This document shows, in pieces, positions 61,054 through 64,000 of a stretch of 64,000 bases of DNA. How positions within the stretch are numbered: the stretch's first letter is position 1; each line of letters begins with the position of its first letter. Source of the DNA: Gemmatimonadaceae bacterium (GTDB lineage: Bacteria > Gemmatimonadota > Gemmatimonadetes > Gemmatimonadales > Gemmatimonadaceae); contig JBJMOW010000004.1 of assembly GCA_045803545.1 (NCBI GenBank), forward strand, positions 480,001 through 544,000, read 5' to 3'. The translations under genes and the position numbers were made by a program. The notes below the pieces were generated by a model. The model saw only the letters and a list, made by a program, of their open reading frames with translations, did no database searches and had not been told where the DNA came from.

Positions 61054-61082
61054 ACTCCGTGACTCCGTTCCTGGGGAGCATC

Positions 61083-61688
61083 ATGCGCAGAAAGTCAAAA
61101 ATGTACACAGCGCTGGTCTGGGGAACGTCGCTCGTGGCGATGTCACCCGCCTTGGTACGCGCGCAGGTCGCGGCTAGTGATGCGAACAACCAGACGTGCG
61201 CGGCACTGCTGTCGAACGACGGCAGTGTCGGCGCGCGAGTCGGGCCCGGGCTCACCGACACCGCATCGCGGCGCGATACTACGACCCGCGCTCGAGCGGA
61301 TAGCGCATCGTTTGGCATTGGCGGCGCCCGTACAGGCACAACCAATCCGACAGTGCATCTCCTCGTCGGTGTTCAGGCGGACCAGGTCACATTCGCCAAA
61401 CAACCGCAGGTGCGAGTGCGGCTTTGCTGGGGCGGCGACACGCTGAGAGTAGTGCAGCGAACGAATCTCCCGTCGCCAGTGGTCGCCGGTACTACCTATA
61501 GAAACGTATACGTCGCGGTCGAGTTGATCGGCCGATTGAACGGCCAGTGCCTATCGGACGCGATTGGCGTTGGCAATCAGCAAACGCAACCACGTGCGGG
61601 CGCCGCGCCGACATCAGCTGCCAATTGCGCGTTCCTCGGCGGGAATGCGAGCGCCGGTCAGGGAAGTCCGAGACCGCCAGTCCCATGA
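61083..61688 (+). CDS. Secreted hypothetical protein B (beta-rich, 4 Cys)
   Basis: GGGGAG RBS before ATG 61083, signal peptide ending VRA-Q, motif RTNLPSPVVAGTTYRNV. Confidence 0.8.
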   Translation: MRRKSKMYTALVWGTSLVAMSPALVRAQVAASDANNQTCAALLSNDGSVGARVGPGLTDTASRRDTTTRARADSASFGIGGARTGTTNPTVHLLVGVQADQVTFAKQPQVRVRLCWGGDTLRVVQRTNLPSPVVAGTTYRNVYVAVELIGRLNGQCLSDAIGVGNQQTQPRAGAAPTSAANCAFLGGNASAGQGSPRPPVP

Positions 61689-62185
61689 TCAGTCATCATT
61701 GCTCGATCACTGGCGCAGCGATGTTTGTGCTGAGCTCGGTTGCGATCGGACAAACGCCGCCGCGACCGACTCCGATTCCAAATCAGGTCCCACCGCGATC
61801 ACTCACTGCACAGGGCGCGCTTTCGGACTCGACGGCCGGAACGGCCGCGGGCTGCCCGGGCGGGAACGGCATTCACATCTCGACAACTGGCGGGACTGGA
61901 ACCGACTCATCCTCGGGAACGAATCAATTCATAGGGCTCGGGCAGTCGGTCGACACGACCTGGGTCTTCAATATTCAGCAGCGAACCTGGACGCGCACCA
62001 ATCTTGCGGCTGCGCTGAGTGTCGGACTCGCAGATGAAACGCGCGGACGATACGCGATATGTGCGGGAGTGACGGCGATAATGCCGAGTGCAACGCTGAC
62101 ACTTCGAGGTGCGCGCGGTCGTGTGCACTTCGCGGCATCACTCAAACAACTGAGCGATGCTCTTCGGTTAGGTCCGGGGCGATGA
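61685..62185 (+). CDS. Secreted hypothetical protein C (divergent beta-hairpin module)
   Basis: ATGA overlap with gene B, signal-like N-terminus ending AIG-Q, C-terminal half aligns with A and D. Confidence 0.75.
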   Translation: MISHHCSITGAAMFVLSSVAIGQTPPRPTPIPNQVPPRSLTAQGALSDSTAGTAAGCPGGNGIHISTTGGTGTDSSSGTNQFIGLGQSVDTTWVFNIQQRTWTRTNLAAALSVGLADETRGRYAICAGVTAIMPSATLTLRGARGRVHFAASLKQLSDALRLGPGR

Positions 62186-62201
62186 GCCTTCAACCTGGGA
62201 G

Positions 62202-62663
62202 ATGGTGACGATGCGTGGTGGAATCCTGATTACCGGACTCTTTCTCTGTGCCGCCGCAGTGCCGGCGTTTGCACAACAGCCAACCGGACAGCGCACGTTC
62301 ACCAGTAACGCGCAGGTAACTCCGAATCGCGATGTGATCCTCGAGATTCCGGAACTGTCGGTCGATTCGATCGGCCTGACGGTTTCCGATGTACGCGCTC
62401 ACGTCGCGCTCGACGCCAACGCGATGAACCTCGTCCAGTTGACGGCAGGCGTCGATGTCGGGATCAAGAAGGTGCAGCTCGGCATCGTCGGTGTGATGGC
62501 GGAGGCTTACCTCTACGTCGACCTCGATAACGTCGCCAGGATCGTGAACCGCGTTGTGCAGACCCTCGACCGGAATCCGCAGATTCTGATTCAGGTGCTC
62601 AAGACTGTTGATACCGCGGTCAATTCGATTACGGGACAGCCGGGACAGCCGCCGCGGCCGTAA
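62202..62663 (+). CDS. Secreted hypothetical protein D (minimal beta-hairpin module)
   Basis: Signal peptide ending AFA-Q; 42/91 ungapped identities to protein A by hand count. Confidence 0.85.
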   Translation: MVTMRGGILITGLFLCAAAVPAFAQQPTGQRTFTSNAQVTPNRDVILEIPELSVDSIGLTVSDVRAHVALDANAMNLVQLTAGVDVGIKKVQLGIVGVMAEAYLYVDLDNVARIVNRVVQTLDRNPQILIQVLKTVDTAVNSITGQPGQPPRP

Positions 62664-62690
62664 CGGCACTGCGAACTGATAACTGCAACC

Positions 62691-62831
62691 AAAGGTAGGG
62701 AGTCAGCAGAGAGCTCAGGCCAGAGTTGGCAGCTACGATCCTGGCGATCCAGGCGCAACGCGCTTCGAATGCGCGTAACAACGCCGCGAACTGAGTTCTG
62801 AGCTCTCTGCATTCTGCCTACCTTTTTTTTT
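62691..62831 (+). terminator. Long branched stem-loop with T9 tail
   Basis: AAAGGTAGG/CCTACCTTT and GCAGAGAGCTCAG/CTGAGCTCTCTGC stems enclose two small hairpins. Confidence 0.6.
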
Positions 62832-62842
62832 CGTCCTCAGTT

Positions 62843-64000
62843 CTACTCGTCGAGAATAGAGTCGGTAACGAAGTACCCATTCGCAGCCCGTACCGACTCC
62901 GCAACCGCGCGCCGGGTATCGTCGACCTCCTCTTCGCGAGAGTCGAGCATTCCGCGGTTAGTCCGGAATCGCCGCCCCCCCTCGACGCAGAACAAATCCG
63001 CTAAGGCAATCTCGCGGTCGCACATCTCGACACCGCGCTCATCGATCAAACTCTGGGTGCGCGCGATGACTGCGGCCGTGGCGAAAAGATCGATCGCCAT
63101 GTTCGCCAGCCGTTCGAGCACGAACTGGCTCTCGACGATTTTCTCGCGGTGGCGAATGATCACGCGATCGGTTGCCGCGCCCAGCTCGGCGACGTGCTTC
63201 TGGAAGTACTCCTTGTTCTTCTTGAGCCGGTCGTGGACATCGATGTCAAGCGTGGATGTCTGCCCCAGCCGCAGTCGCACGCGTGAGGTCGCATACCCAC
63301 CGAGCATACCGAGATTGCGCAGCGGGCGGCGAAGCGCTGAGCCGACTTCCTTCAACGCCTGCGCTGGCGCCTGCACTCCGTTGAGCGCGATGAAGAGGCG
63401 CAGCACTTCGTTCGCCCCCTCGAAGATGCGATTGATGCGGGAGTCGCGCAGCGCGCGCTCGTAGGGATACGGTTTGACGTAACCGCGGCCCCCGGCGAGC
63501 TGCACCATGTCGTCCGCTGCGCGCCACACCAGATCACTGGCGAACACTTTCGCGCAAGCAGCCTCGAGGGAAAAGTCGGCCTCGCCACGATCGACCAGGG
63601 ACGCGAGTATCCCGAGCATCGCGTCAGCTGCGTAGGTCTCACTCGCCATTTGGGCGAGCTTGCGCTGCGTAATCTCGAAATCGGCAAGCGGATGACCAAA
63701 CTGCACCCGCTCTTCAGCGTAAGTCGTCATCCGCTTCACTGTCGCCTTTGTCGCTCCGGTACAGCCCGCGGCAAGAGTCAGTCGCCCCGCGTTTAACACG
63801 TGTACAGCGACGCCGAAACCGCGGCCAACCGCGCCGAGCAAATGATCCGCGGGCACCTCGAGCCCCTCGTAAGCGAGCTCGGCCTGGGTCGACCCGCGAA
63901 TGCCCAGTTTGTGGACAGTGCCGACGACACGAAAGCCAGGCATGTCCGGACGGATAATGAAAGCGGTCATGCGCGGCACATCCTCTCCGCGACGGCGGAC
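62843..64000 (-). CDS. Acyl-CoA dehydrogenase (long, VLCAD/ACAD9-like), 5' end outside the window
   Basis: KLGIRGS, LNAGRL, RVQFG, QLAGGRGY, RDSRINRIFEGANEVLR and a C-terminal extension. Confidence 0.93.
   Translation of the reverse strand, partial: VRRRGEDVPRMTAFIIRPDMPGFRVVGTVHKLGIRGSTQAELAYEGLEVPADHLLGAVGRGFGVAVHVLNAGRLTLAAGCTGATKATVKRMTTYAEERVQFGHPLADFEITQRKLAQMASETYAADAMLGILASLVDRGEADFSLEAACAKVFASDLVWRAADDMVQLAGGRGYVKPYPYERALRDSRINRIFEGANEVLRLFIALNGVQAPAQALKEVGSALRRPLRNLGMLGGYATSRVRLRLGQTSTLDIDVHDRLKKNKEYFQKHVAELGAATDRVIIRHREKIVESQFVLERLANMAIDLFATAAVIARTQSLIDERGVEMCDREIALADLFCVEGGRRFRTNRGMLDSREEEVDDTRRAVAESVRAANGYFVTDSILDE

Overview
A gene-dense, GC-rich bacterial chromosomal segment with about 55 CDS and no rRNA, tRNA, CRISPR array or transposase that I can support. 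Gene content suggests Gemmatimonadota, but that is an inference. Recognisable modules are egtB-egtD-egtA (ergothioneine), DNA repair genes (Fpg/Nei, AlkA-like, RecQ-like), cfa, beta-carbonic anhydrase, SufE, OsmC, a poly-HAMP hybrid kinase operon with CheR, CheB and a REC-HK, sucA, an LmbE/PIG-L enzyme with an ABC importer, type II NADH dehydrogenase, a BMP-type ABC importer, nadB-nadA-nadC, a Tat-exported amidase and a partial acyl-CoA dehydrogenase. Three things stand out. (1) A divergent four-gene cluster of unannotated secreted proteins (60093-62663), three of which share a long amphipathic beta-hairpin plus helix module, with back-to-back sigma54-like promoters; it is a candidate fibre or beta-tube system. 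(2) A complete-looking Leu/Val leader-peptide attenuator (238-367) with no ilv or leu gene behind it. (3) A family of (GGGAGGC)n heptamer repeats found inside sucA and at ABC operon junctions. Several start codons were re-chosen by eye from the ORF track. All family calls come from motif recognition, not database searches.
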